In this document: piece by piece, positions 35,423 through 35,608 of the stretch | How the letters are laid out: the number at the start of each line of letters is the position of its first letter | Position numbering within the stretch: the stretch's first letter is position 1 | Virus record (IMG/VR): IMGVR_UViG_3300037506_000165 | Coordinates: 1-35,608 of that record | Strand: one strand, 5' to 3' | DNA: 35,608 nucleotides | From: a virus | Lineage: Duplodnaviria; Caudoviricetes | Notes under the pieces: generated by a model | What the model was told of the DNA's origin: nothing | What the model saw: only the letters and a program-made list of their open reading frames with translations | Databases searched by the model: none | Program-made: the position numbers and the translations under genes

Positions 35423-35608
35423 ATGAAAAACCTACTCGTCGCTACCGCAGCAGCCACACTTTACCTCATCGCCTACGCGATCCTCATGCCGCACTACTGC
35501 TACGACCAGCGCACCGCTGTCCTCACAGCCAGCATCATAGCCCTCTTGGCCTACCTGGCCCTCAATAGTGGCCCTCGTTCGCGATTCTTTCAACCAACAA
35601 AAAGGAGT
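35423..35608 (+). CDS. small two-TM membrane protein, runs off the window end
   Basis: MKNLLVATAAATLYLIAYAILM...TAVLTASIIALLAYLAL. Confidence 0.5.
   Translation, partial: MKNLLVATAAATLYLIAYAILMPHYCYDQRTAVLTASIIALLAYLALNSGPRSRFFQPTKRS

Overview
The window looks like a complete or near-complete (probably circular) ~35.6 kb temperate phage-like element. Several gene families (integrase N-terminus, DUF1580, DUF1257/DUF2997/AAA module) resemble, from recollection, those of Planctomycetota. Nearly all genes lie on the + strand. Order: early/accessory genes (ASCH, MazG, DUF1257-DUF2997-AAA ATPase module, HNH, adenine methylase); a recombination module (PD-(D/E)XK nuclease that appears circularly permuted, Sak4-like ATPase, SSB-like protein); an intact attP-like tRNA-Arg(CCT) fragment plus tyrosine integrase; DUF1580, helicase and sigma factor; an HK97-type head module (terL, portal, protease, capsid, adaptor, stopper) with no recognisable tail genes; amidase and protease genes; nucleotide and DNA-modification genes; a TerS-like gene. 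It ends with a structured 29.7-32.5 kb region and SLOG/DUF4326/macro-like genes. The most striking feature is a ~1.45 kb imperfect fold-back (31036-32494). One arm holds an intact SLOG/DprA-like gene with only 21 adenines in 453 nt, all forced by the protein. The other arm is a frameshifted mirror copy that alone carries a TATAAT, suggesting a gene expressed from folded single-stranded DNA. All family calls come from motif recognition by eye; no database searches were run.
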